Shown: piece after piece, positions 29,802 to 38,763 of the stretch
How positions within the stretch are numbered: the stretch's first letter is position 1
Layout: each line of letters starts with the position of its first letter
Assembly: GCA_041739995.1 (NCBI GenBank)
Contig: JBGSMV010000031.1
Location: 1-64,000 of the forward strand
Origin: Bdellovibrionota bacterium
GTDB lineage: Bacteria > Bdellovibrionota_C > UBA2361 > JBGSMV01
Direction: 5' to 3'
DNA length: 64,000 nucleotides
Program-made: the position numbers and the translations under genes
The notes under the pieces: model-generated
Told to the model about the DNA's origin: nothing
Databases searched by the model: none
What the model saw: the letters and a program-made list of their open reading frames with translations, nothing else

Positions 29802-30902
29802 ATGCCAAATCTATTTCAAACAAGACAAGGAGATTCTCTTCCGACCCTCAACTCTCTAGTCGCGGTCAGCCACGGAGCAAGCATGACCGCTCGGGGAGAA
29901 GATATTTCGTCACAAAACGTACTTGAACGCTTAATGCAATGCGCACACTCGGGACTACGGGAAGAATTTCGCGCACTCAACAACCAGGTCCTGCGAGCGA
30001 TTGTCGATTGTTGTGTACATGGAGACCCGATCTCTCAGGACGCCTGCGTCACGCTCTCTTCGCTATGCCGATCAACTCACCGACACTATGCTTCTGGCGA
30101 CTCATTCGTCTTTACGAATCTCTCACGGACAAAACATCCCGGTCTCACGCCCTTGCAGGAAATGTTGCGTGACATAGAACTTTATCCTGAACAAGTGGCT
30201 TCAGCAGCAACCGCCCAGCTTAGATTCTCGCTGTTTCCGCCTCGGACTCTGATGGACGAGCATCCGCTTCTTGAAGATTCTCTTGCTCGAGCCGCGGTGC
30301 ACTGCCTCGCCTCAACTGGTGAGCTAGACCAACCATCGCTGACCTTTGCGAAACTTGCATTTGCTTTTCGTACGGTAAGGGGCTGCGTATTCCCGGAGCG
30401 AGAACCGTCAGTGAAAGCACGCGAGGCGTGTGTGCAGGCCGTTGAGATAGCCCAGAAAGCCATCGCTCCACTGGTACATAGCTCTCGCTTGCTTGAGGAT
30501 GCGGCTACTCGGCGACAAGAATTTAACGATCTGAGAGCGCTCACTCCACTTAGAGAATGCCTTGAACATCAATTTACCTCATTGTCTGATGTTGCTCCAT
30601 GGCGCCCCCTCCCCTTCTTTGTCCGATCCGAGACTCTGGCAACATTTCAACCCTTTAAAGATCCAAGACTCGCCGGCTCATTTCCGGTGCTTGAACCCAT
30701 GATTGAAGAACTCGTGTGCGTGGGAGAGATTCTCGATCAACCGGGCATAGGCTCTGTGGGTGAATACGCAAAAATGCTTTTGGTGTTGGCGAACTATGAG
30801 TCGCAAAGCGAAGAAGCTGGGTTAAATGCTGATCAGGAACTCGACATCTTTCCTGTGACCCATGCTACCATTAAAGCACTACGGAAATTGTTCTCTATTT
30901 AG
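29802..30902 (+). CDS. Hypothetical protein (predominantly helical)
   Basis: 366-aa ORF divergent from rrf2; no recognised motif. Confidence 0.7.
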   Translation: MPNLFQTRQGDSLPTLNSLVAVSHGASMTARGEDISSQNVLERLMQCAHSGLREEFRALNNQVLRAIVDCCVHGDPISQDACVTLSSLCRSTHRHYASGDSFVFTNLSRTKHPGLTPLQEMLRDIELYPEQVASAATAQLRFSLFPPRTLMDEHPLLEDSLARAAVHCLASTGELDQPSLTFAKLAFAFRTVRGCVFPEREPSVKAREACVQAVEIAQKAIAPLVHSSRLLEDAATRRQEFNDLRALTPLRECLEHQFTSLSDVAPWRPLPFFVRSETLATFQPFKDPRLAGSFPVLEPMIEELVCVGEILDQPGIGSVGEYAKMLLVLANYESQSEEAGLNADQELDIFPVTHATIKALRKLFSI

Positions 30903-30975
30903 AATGCTTCCATTTCAAGCTGCCCATATTTCCCGATCTGGTCACTCGTCGGAATCACTCAGTCGACCAAAAGGC

Positions 30976-31215
30976 CTAGCTCTTCTGTAGAATTTTCAAC
31001 TTCTGCTCTGCGCCACTTAATAGCGAGCGAAGCCGCTCTATAAGTCCCACCCCGCGCTCGTAAGACAAGATTGCTTTGTCGAGCGGCAGGCTCCCGGCTT
31101 CAACCCGCGATACGAGGTCTTCAAGGAGCTTTAAGCCACCTTCGAATGAGATATCTTTGACCTTTTCTTCGCCCCCATCGGCGAGGAGGTCCTTTAGAGA
31201 GAGTGCGTCTGCCAT
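30976..31215 (-). CDS. xseB: Exodeoxyribonuclease VII small subunit
   Basis: SFEGGLKLLEDLVSRVEAGSLPLDKAILSYERGVGL...AEQKLKIL. ATG 31215 is preferred over the track start at 31251. Confidence 0.92.
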   Translation of the reverse strand: MADALSLKDLLADGGEEKVKDISFEGGLKLLEDLVSRVEAGSLPLDKAILSYERGVGLIERLRSLLSGAEQKLKILQKS

Positions 31216-31274
31216 AGGCGCGATAGGACAATATTCTTCTCTCTCGGTCAAGCAACCCTGCTCCCATTCCCCAA

Positions 31275-31442
31275 TGTGACACAGGCTTGTTTATGCGAGT
31301 CCGCCTTCGCCCACATGTTCCTGTGCTGCTCCATAATTCGAGGAGGCTTCCCGCTTCGCTCCCTCCTTCGCCGCGGCTACGGAGGACAAGCAATCTTCGG
31401 GGGACAAGTCGGCGGGACGTCGTCGTCTGTGCCTGTGTCACA
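31275..31442. mobile_element. 168-bp MITE/REP-like element with 12-bp terminal inverted repeats
   Basis: TGTGACACAGGC (31275-31286) pairs with GCCTGTGTCACA (31431-31442). The interior contains CCTTCGCCGCGGCTACGGAGGACAAG and related CCGCCTTCGC / GGACAAGTCGGCGGGAC REP-like segments. No obvious target-site duplication. Confidence 0.5.
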
Positions 31443-31727
31443 GACTCCTAGGAAACTTTTACGAGGAATCGCCGAATAGGCCCTCGCATACGGAAGCAGA
31501 GTGTCAAGATTTCAGGGCATCGCTGCCTTAAAGGAATGTGGAAAGGCGCCGTTCGCAGGTACCGGCCCAAACGAGGCGGTAGGCGATCTGGTCGACAAAG
31601 TCGCGGCCTATCGAACGCGTATCCCTCTAAAGAGGGTTGGCTACCAACGGCCCCCCCCGCACTCCCTGATTCAAGGCACTCGCTTCCGCTGCATTTTAAA
31701 AATCGACTTTGCAAATTGGAGAGCCAT

Positions 31728-32612
31728 ATGAAGTACCGCAATCTACTTAGCTTAAGCACAATCGCCGCCGCATTTTTTTTGGCGGGCGTTAGCTCTGCCG
31801 AAGCGCGCCCGCGCGCGATGCAAGCCTGCGCACATGTTTGGTCAGGGAAAGTGACCGTTAAAAGTCGCTGCTCAAGATACGAGAAAGTTCTCTCACTCTC
31901 TGACCTGCAGCTAGTAGGTCCGCAAGGCACCGTCGGCCTCCAAGGCGAACGCGGATTCACTGGACCACAAGGCGCTCAAGGTGCCCAGGGGGTTCAAGGC
32001 GCCCAAGGAGTTCAGGGCGTGCAAGGCGAAATCGGAGCCCAAGGCCCGACAGGACCCCAAGGACTACAAGGCGCAACTGGGGCACAAGGTGCCACTGGAC
32101 CAGTCGGTCAAACAGGCAACACTGGTGCCCAAGGACCACAGGGAAATTCAGGGCCAGTTGGTCCCACTGGTGCTCGCGGTGAAAGCGCCTTCGATGTGAT
32201 TCCGCAAAATCGAACCGTCTACGGAGTAATCGGATCAGACGTGAATGCTTCGTCTGCAAACTCGCAGTGGGGATTCTCAGAAAGCCTTCCTGCTGTGGCA
32301 CCCGTGGCGTTCGCAAACGAGGCAGTGGTTGTTCGAAATAATCCTATAGTACAGAACGGATGTAGCGGTAACTGCTTGGCTGAAGAGGAAATAAACAACT
32401 CAAATAACTGCACGGGAAGTGTAGAGTCCCCTACGGCTCCTCCTGGATGGTTGTGCGTGTACCCGGTATACGTACAAAATATTGCAGCTGGATCTATCCG
32501 CGCCACTGCATTGCCAGCCGGTTCTAGCCGACACGGATTCTTCATCCGCTGGAAAGCTGCAGCGACTGGAACCAGCGGCATTCGTATGGTCTGGGCCTAC
32601 ACCGCGCCGTAA
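31728..32612 (+). CDS. Secreted collagen-like protein
   Basis: ATG 31728 with GGAG SD and a signal peptide (MKYRNLLSLSTIAAAFFLAGVSSAEA). About 30 contiguous Gly-X-Y triplets, then a Cys-containing C-terminal globular domain. Confidence 0.9.
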   Translation: MKYRNLLSLSTIAAAFFLAGVSSAEARPRAMQACAHVWSGKVTVKSRCSRYEKVLSLSDLQLVGPQGTVGLQGERGFTGPQGAQGAQGVQGAQGVQGVQGEIGAQGPTGPQGLQGATGAQGATGPVGQTGNTGAQGPQGNSGPVGPTGARGESAFDVIPQNRTVYGVIGSDVNASSANSQWGFSESLPAVAPVAFANEAVVVRNNPIVQNGCSGNCLAEEEINNSNNCTGSVESPTAPPGWLCVYPVYVQNIAAGSIRATALPAGSSRHGFFIRWKAAATGTSGIRMVWAYTAP

Positions 32613-32628
32613 TGCTTGAAGATGTTAG

Positions 32629-32668
32629 TGCCCCGCAGCAGAGCTTCTCTTCTGCGGGGCATTTTTTT
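32629..32668 (+). terminator. Intrinsic terminator after the collagen-like gene
   Basis: TGCCCCGCAG...CTGCGGGGCA followed by T7. Confidence 0.88.
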
Positions 32669-32764
32669 CCAATTCCCGAGGAACACGCCCACTTCAACAA
32701 AAAGAGCTCCAGTGGCACAGAGAGCCCCAGTGAACCCTAGGTCGATGAGTTGATTCCGCCTTCG

Positions 32765-34114
32765 CTACCTAAGAATCTTCGCTGGCTGTTTTCCGTCGGA
32801 AAATCGAATCGCCACCAAATCGTCAGCCGTTAATTGGTTCGCCGATTTCACCAAAACTCCATCCTTCTCTACCAGCGAGTACCCGCGCTCCAGCACTCGC
32901 TTCGGGCTCGTGGCTTCGAATCGCTGCGCGAGGGATTCGAGTGCGTTTCTTGACTGCTCTTGGCTACGCCGTCCCGAGGCCGATAGCCGAGACTCCAGCA
33001 GTGCGACACGACCCGACAACTCTCTGAGTCTCTCAGGAGAGAGCGACGACGCCAATCGTCGTTTAAAGACCTCAAGCTTCTGGGCTAGCAACTTTATAAC
33101 TTCGGTCGGCTTTAGGGCTTTGAGATGAGCTTCTGCTGCTGAAAGCCGTAGTGCATACTGCTGCAAAACATTTGCCACTCGCTGATTGAGTCTTTCACCC
33201 AACTCATCAACCGCCTGAACCATCGGTGATAACCAGCGATCAACATCACCGAGACGACGAGAGTATTCTTCAATTTGACGTATCAACTCTTGACGCTGTG
33301 GCACCACCATCTCAGCCGCAGCCGTGGGGGTTGGTGCACGGAGGTCTGCAACCAAATCAGAAAGGCTTGTATCCACTTCATGGCCCACCGCCGATACAAT
33401 CGGTGTACGCGCGGCAAAAATAGCTCGTACCACTACTTCTTCGTTGAAGGCCCACAGATCTTCTAACGATCCCCCTCCTCTCCCGACAATAATCACGTCG
33501 CACAATCCTTGGGCGTCTAAAAATTTAATCCCCGCCGCAATATCTTCCGCAGCACCGGCCCCCTGCACTCGCACATCAACGAGATAAATGGGAATCTGCG
33601 GCATTCGCTCACCGAGCCGAACCGTGATGTCATGGATAGCCGCTCCTGACTGAGAGGTAATTACCCCTATGGCCTTCGGCAGAAACGGTAGCGGGCGTTT
33701 TCTTTCCTGAGCAAACAACCCTTCGCGTTCAAGTTTTAGCTTTAGTTCAAGAAACTTCTTTCTGAGTGCACCCTCGCCGGCCAGCTCAATTTTTTGCACT
33801 ACTATTTGGAGACGTCCACTTTTGCGGTAGACGTTGGGCCGCCCACGGCAACGGACCGCCAAACCGGCTGACAGGGGAAATGAAACTGCCTTGGCGGAGG
33901 AGGCCCACAAGACAATATCTATCTGAGAATCTTGATCTTGAATGCGCGCGTAGATGTGTCCGCTCGGAGGACGTTTAAGTTCAGCAAGCTCGCCCAAAAA
34001 AGTAATCGGCCCCACTTGCTGCTCAAGTGTGAAGTTAAGCAACTCGTTGACTTCTGATATGGTGTAGCAGCGATCCTGGGTCACCACGGTGGTATACCGA
34101 ACAAATCTTTCCAT
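32765..34114 (-). CDS. xseA: Exodeoxyribonuclease VII large subunit
   Basis: SGHIY, LEREGLF..ERKRPLP, GVITSQSGAAIHD, GRGGGSLEDLWAFNEE, SAVGHEVD, APTPTAAAE and LERGYS. Confidence 0.97.
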   Translation of the reverse strand: MERFVRYTTVVTQDRCYTISEVNELLNFTLEQQVGPITFLGELAELKRPPSGHIYARIQDQDSQIDIVLWASSAKAVSFPLSAGLAVRCRGRPNVYRKSGRLQIVVQKIELAGEGALRKKFLELKLKLEREGLFAQERKRPLPFLPKAIGVITSQSGAAIHDITVRLGERMPQIPIYLVDVRVQGAGAAEDIAAGIKFLDAQGLCDVIIVGRGGGSLEDLWAFNEEVVVRAIFAARTPIVSAVGHEVDTSLSDLVADLRAPTPTAAAEMVVPQRQELIRQIEEYSRRLGDVDRWLSPMVQAVDELGERLNQRVANVLQQYALRLSAAEAHLKALKPTEVIKLLAQKLEVFKRRLASSLSPERLRELSGRVALLESRLSASGRRSQEQSRNALESLAQRFEATSPKRVLERGYSLVEKDGVLVKSANQLTADDLVAIRFSDGKQPAKILR

Positions 34115-34490
34115 TTATAGCGTCCTAAATTCTTATTACCGCGTTTCATCGGACGCGCTGTAAGAGATGCGTGGCAACTCTCCACCACCGAGGCTTTAGC
34201 TGCCGAGGAGTCTCCCTCTCGGCAGAAATCGTGGGCGATACACCACCAGTTGAAAAGTGGGGTAACTAGCTAAATTGTATGACAACTTAGAAAGCGCCGG
34301 GCAAACTGAAAGCCTCGATCCTTCGCCTCGAGTACAAGCATCATCTTCACTAAATGTTTCGCTCGAAGGAGGCCTGGATGCTCAGAAAGAGACGAACTGA
34401 CGCCTCAGTCGTGAGCAGGGAACAACCCCTCCCCGCATTTGTGGTGTAGAGTTAAGGTACCAAAGGCAAGACACTTCAATCTTCTTCCTC

Positions 34491-35585
34491 ATGCAAAATT
34501 CTCTCTCTATTCTTCCTCGCCCACTGCCCGGACCACCTCTACCCAGTGGCGATCAAAACAGCGCCCAGGGATCCGCGTCACCCAGCGAGGACCTCGTCGC
34601 CCCCTTCCGCCTAACAGCGCTCACAAGCAGACATTATTTCTATGTCTCTCGGCGGATCTGGGACTACATACTACTCTCATTGCCACTCGATCTGCTTTTG
34701 CTACTGCTTCCACACCTTCGACTTGAAATATACGAAACACCGCTATCTGATATTCGCCACTTCGGCCTATTGCTCGGCTCTCTCCTTTTTGTTGGAAGCA
34801 TTCTTCTCTGGGTGCTTCGTGATGCAATTCTCGACCTGCTGTTTGCATTGACTCATATACAACAGCGCCTGGCAGTCACGACGCTCTGGCCAGTCCTTGC
34901 CCTCATTGGGATCGTGGCGGTCACTACTCTGCTTGAGCTTGCCTCTCACTTTTCAGAAATTAACCTCACCAGTGTGGTAGTCACTATATTGGTGTTGTTT
35001 GGTACCGTGAGCTCGATCCTGAAAGCAGCGCGAGAACGGCGCTCGCAGGCCACTGAACTATCTCGAGATCGGACCGGGAAGATCGAGCAAGCGAATCAAA
35101 TAATGGGCACCCTAAGCCTGTTGCCCATGGGATTTACGCGCCTTGCATCGTTGATTTTAGTACTCACGCTGGTCACTACCAATTCCAGCTTTTTTGAAGT
35201 TCTTTTCGCAGCCGGCAGCGCCGGCATTTTGCTCCTTGCTTTCAAGCCGACCTTTGAACAATTTACCTTCGCGTGCGCTCGCTGCGGAATACTTACCTCT
35301 CGCGCGTTGAAAGCTGGCTCATTTTGTCCGATGTGTCTTATGGCACGCCGCAGCGAAGGGCCGCTCTATGTCTCCGACAAGGATCCACTATCGCTTCGAC
35401 TGCTACGAAAGGCCGAGAAACTTTCAGAGTTGGCCGAGAAAGCAAGCGAGCTTTCGCCTAACAATTCGCAGGAGAATTCGAAGGATTCGCCCTTGGTCAC
35501 CCTTAGCAAAACGATCTTGAGCCGTCTGAATTCAAGGACGCAAAACTTCGCTCGCCGCTCAGTTTCTCCAAAGCCCAAGCGATAG
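34491..35585 (+). CDS. Hypothetical polytopic membrane protein with CxxC...CxxC (possible Zn ribbon)
   Basis: About 6 hydrophobic segments; CARCG...FCPMC follows the last TM. Confidence 0.7.
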   Translation: MQNSLSILPRPLPGPPLPSGDQNSAQGSASPSEDLVAPFRLTALTSRHYFYVSRRIWDYILLSLPLDLLLLLLPHLRLEIYETPLSDIRHFGLLLGSLLFVGSILLWVLRDAILDLLFALTHIQQRLAVTTLWPVLALIGIVAVTTLLELASHFSEINLTSVVVTILVLFGTVSSILKAARERRSQATELSRDRTGKIEQANQIMGTLSLLPMGFTRLASLILVLTLVTTNSSFFEVLFAAGSAGILLLAFKPTFEQFTFACARCGILTSRALKAGSFCPMCLMARRSEGPLYVSDKDPLSLRLLRKAEKLSELAEKASELSPNNSQENSKDSPLVTLSKTILSRLNSRTQNFARRSVSPKPKR

Positions 35586-38423
35586 GATGTTGGCAAGTTT
35601 CGAAAAGAAGCTTCTCCCGGATCGCACCTGACCAACGCCATCAGGACTCGCTGCGACTTCGACGCCATTCTTGGAATCTCGTGTCGGTGTCGATTGATTT
35701 CCACCGTTTTGTCCTGGCCCAGAAGTAATCGAGGGACGGCTCACCACTACGGAACTTTGAAGCGTGCCCTGAGAGGAAAAAAGCATAAGCTTCGCTGCGA
35801 CAATCTGCGCACTTGGAGTCTTGCCTTGGCGCCGTTCTAGTTCGGTCGCTGGTTCGCTCGCACTGCCTCTTAGAGACTGGGCGCCGAGCCGTACCGTATC
35901 GTCTACTGCCCCCATGCTAAAACCTGCGATTCCAAGACCTTTCGCCCCAGGAAATGTCGGATTTCTGTCTGCAGAATGCCCATCAACCAATTCCCGATTG
36001 ATTTCGACTGAACCTTGAATCTGCGTCCAGAAAGGAACCTGAGTAGCTTGTCCCGCCAAGATTTCTGGCATCTGTAAAGGAACGACAGTGCCGGGCAACC
36101 AGTCGTTCTTCATTCTGACTGAAAGATCCGCTCCCGCAGAAGGAGTTTGAAGGTGTGGTTGGCTCACCGGCTCGCCCGAGGCATCAAAGAATTCCACGTA
36201 GAGTACCGGCTGAGATGGTTGCGCGTGAAATATAGTCGGGACATCGACATGAAACTCAAGGCACTCTTCGCCACGTATTCCAGGAGGATGCCACTTCACT
36301 TCAACCAGGCGCACCTCTTGTTGATCTCGCTCAACTCCTCCTGTGTTCAACGGGAGCGCTTGTGCGGGGCGCTCACGAAACGACGAGGTTTCACTCAAGC
36401 TAAATTCCGAAGACTTTCGCAGCAGAACCTCTCCCTCTAAGGATCGAATTTCAAGCGCAGCCGAGAGCTTAAGCGGAAAGACGCGAGTGCGAGGTAGCAC
36501 ATCGAGTAGCTGCCCTTCGGGAAACCTAAAGACCAACAAGCCAGAACTTCCTGCTTCGCCAAGAACAGCACAAAGCGTGGTTTCACGAAGTAACAATCCG
36601 TCCTCTGCACAAAGGCCGGCGGTCACCGAAAGAGCCGCATGCGTTCGCTGCGGATGGCGAAGCTCGATCGCTACCCGAATGTGCCGATCCCCATTCGGAG
36701 TAAGGTTAGAAACTCCCGATTTTGCTTCAAAATGGTGCAGGACTATGGCACTCAATTGCTCATCGACGCTTATGGATGAGGGTATTTTCTCGACCTCCGC
36801 AGACTCCGAAGTGCGAGGACTCGCTTCTGACGAATTCAAGTTAAGGGGCAAAGCCAGCGGATGAATGGTCCCACACAACACCTTTCCGTCGCTGGCGACC
36901 ATAACCACTTCAGCATAGGTAGTGCTCTGACTATTCACTTCGCTTATGTCTAGTTCAGTAAGCGGCACTCGAAGTTCCAGATCTTTCCAAGTGCTTAGTG
37001 GTCTCGCCAAACTTAGCTCATCACGCCAAACGAACGTTCCGCGATTATCTCTTACGCGGGTATTGGCGAAACTTCGAGCAGGAAGTGGAGACCCCTGCTC
37101 ATCAATAACTCTAAATTCCAAACGCGCTGCGGCACACACTCCTGCCCTGCCAAGCGCAGGCTCGGCTTCCAAAGATCCCGAACCGATATCAAAACTCACT
37201 AGGGCAACCGCGCCATCACTTCGACCAAGACTCGCTCGACATACCGCCCGTTTCAACTTGATCGATGCACCAGTTTCAAGATCTGTCTCTGCATAACCCA
37301 GAAACTGAGGTGCCGGGGCTCCTTCTCTAGGCAAACGATCAGATTTAGACGAGCGCGAGGGACCGCGATGCGACTTCGGAATCCCGGCTTGCTCCAACAC
37401 GGCCTGTTGCGCGACCAAAAATCCGTGTTCATCAAACAATCCCAGGCACAGTTCAATTTCCCGATTGCCATAGGGCAGGTCGAGAGCACGGTAAGGCACG
37501 AAGAGCTCAACCATGTCGAAAAACTTACGCTGCGCAGGGCTACGCAAAGGCACAAACACTGAGAAAGGAGGAGCGCCTGCTGTGCTTGATTCGACATTCT
37601 CGGATCCCTCGTCCCAAGATTCAGACTCAGCCGAAACAAACTCGTCTACCCACTGCTCAAATCCGGGTCGCGCAAAAACTCGATCCCCCTCATGCCTCAC
37701 GTGCAGACGAACCCACATCGACTGACTCACTCGCCCTCGGAGAAATACCCCTGCACTCACTCGAAAGCCGGAGAGACCAGCCCATTGAACATCGTGCGTC
37801 ACGCGTAGATTGAACAGAGCGTCTTGATCGTCATCGACCAAAAGTCTTGGCGAATTAGAGTTGTCGAGTTCCTCAAAATCAAAGGAATCATTTGTGGATC
37901 TACCGATCGTCCAAGCCGAATCCCGCAATGCCGCTAGGCTATGCTGCCGACGAATCCACCAAGCCAAAAATCCGTCCAGATCGCGACGTGCTCCTGCAAG
38001 ATCAGAGAATTTACCTAAGGGTTGCGCAGAGTTTAGAGTACTGGTCGCATCTTCAATGAGACGCTCGAGCGATCGTTCAACCTCACGCTCCATACAGAGC
38101 CGACGCTTCATTTCCCTAAGTGCATCGTCCAGCCGGGGGGTCCCATACTCGACAACGAAAAACTGCCTAAAACAATGCGCTACCCGCGCAGCAAGCGCAT
38201 GAGCAGTCTCGGTACTCAAGGAGGCATGGGAAAATTGAAGTGCGAGCGAAGCGGTCCGTTCGCGCCAAGACCTCTCCCCCAACGCGGGAGACCAATAGTG
38301 GCGCAAGCTCTGACCCTGCTCAGCCGTGGTAAGGTCGGACGACGCTGAAATTAGATGAGGGAGTGTGTCCTTCTGGCGCTCAGGCGGATCGGGTAAGGTT
38401 TCCAGTTCTGTGGCCGCACTCAT
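35559..38423 (-). CDS. Hypothetical 954-aa protein with internally repeated beta-rich domains
   Basis: Long ORF with recurring motifs (LFVPYRALDLP / LRVPLTELDI / FRFPEGQLLD; LFDEHG / VIDEQG / FFDASG). Confidence 0.75.
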   Translation of the reverse strand: MSAATELETLPDPPERQKDTLPHLISASSDLTTAEQGQSLRHYWSPALGERSWRERTASLALQFSHASLSTETAHALAARVAHCFRQFFVVEYGTPRLDDALREMKRRLCMEREVERSLERLIEDATSTLNSAQPLGKFSDLAGARRDLDGFLAWWIRRQHSLAALRDSAWTIGRSTNDSFDFEELDNSNSPRLLVDDDQDALFNLRVTHDVQWAGLSGFRVSAGVFLRGRVSQSMWVRLHVRHEGDRVFARPGFEQWVDEFVSAESESWDEGSENVESSTAGAPPFSVFVPLRSPAQRKFFDMVELFVPYRALDLPYGNREIELCLGLFDEHGFLVAQQAVLEQAGIPKSHRGPSRSSKSDRLPREGAPAPQFLGYAETDLETGASIKLKRAVCRASLGRSDGAVALVSFDIGSGSLEAEPALGRAGVCAAARLEFRVIDEQGSPLPARSFANTRVRDNRGTFVWRDELSLARPLSTWKDLELRVPLTELDISEVNSQSTTYAEVVMVASDGKVLCGTIHPLALPLNLNSSEASPRTSESAEVEKIPSSISVDEQLSAIVLHHFEAKSGVSNLTPNGDRHIRVAIELRHPQRTHAALSVTAGLCAEDGLLLRETTLCAVLGEAGSSGLLVFRFPEGQLLDVLPRTRVFPLKLSAALEIRSLEGEVLLRKSSEFSLSETSSFRERPAQALPLNTGGVERDQQEVRLVEVKWHPPGIRGEECLEFHVDVPTIFHAQPSQPVLYVEFFDASGEPVSQPHLQTPSAGADLSVRMKNDWLPGTVVPLQMPEILAGQATQVPFWTQIQGSVEINRELVDGHSADRNPTFPGAKGLGIAGFSMGAVDDTVRLGAQSLRGSASEPATELERRQGKTPSAQIVAAKLMLFSSQGTLQSSVVVSRPSITSGPGQNGGNQSTPTRDSKNGVEVAASPDGVGQVRSGRSFFSKLANILSLGLWRN

Positions 38424-38463
38424 CTTCGCACCTTGCTCTTCAAATTCTCAGTCACCACGGCTT

Positions 38464-38503
38464 AATCACAACTGCCCAATCACAAGTGCCCAATCACAAG
38501 TGC
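38464..38503 (+). repeat. 14-bp tandem repeat, ~3 copies
   Basis: AATCACAACTGCCC AATCACAAGTGCCC AATCACAAGTGC. Confidence 0.8.
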
Positions 38504-38763
38504 GTCGACTCCGGGTAGCAATGCGGGGAAATAATATTGTAGGCCTAGCGATTTGAGTCCGCAAAGGCCGCGGGTAAAGCTCCCGCCGCCCGTCGTTAAA
38601 AACATCAGTATCAAGAAGCCGCTTGGGACCCCAGCACCAACGGCGACGTGAGCGCCCTCATAGACTGATATAGACCGCCCTGAAACGTCGCAAAAGCCTC
38701 AAACATCGCAATAACTCACTGGTCCCATTTGAAAAAGCACCCCCTCTCGTCTATACACTGGCT

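Noticed and set aside
31276..31960. ORFs 31276-31479 and 31448-31960, and the 31536 start of the collagen gene
   Set aside because: The first is a translation of the repeat element and the second is antisense to the collagen gene. The SD and signal peptide place the true collagen start at 31728.
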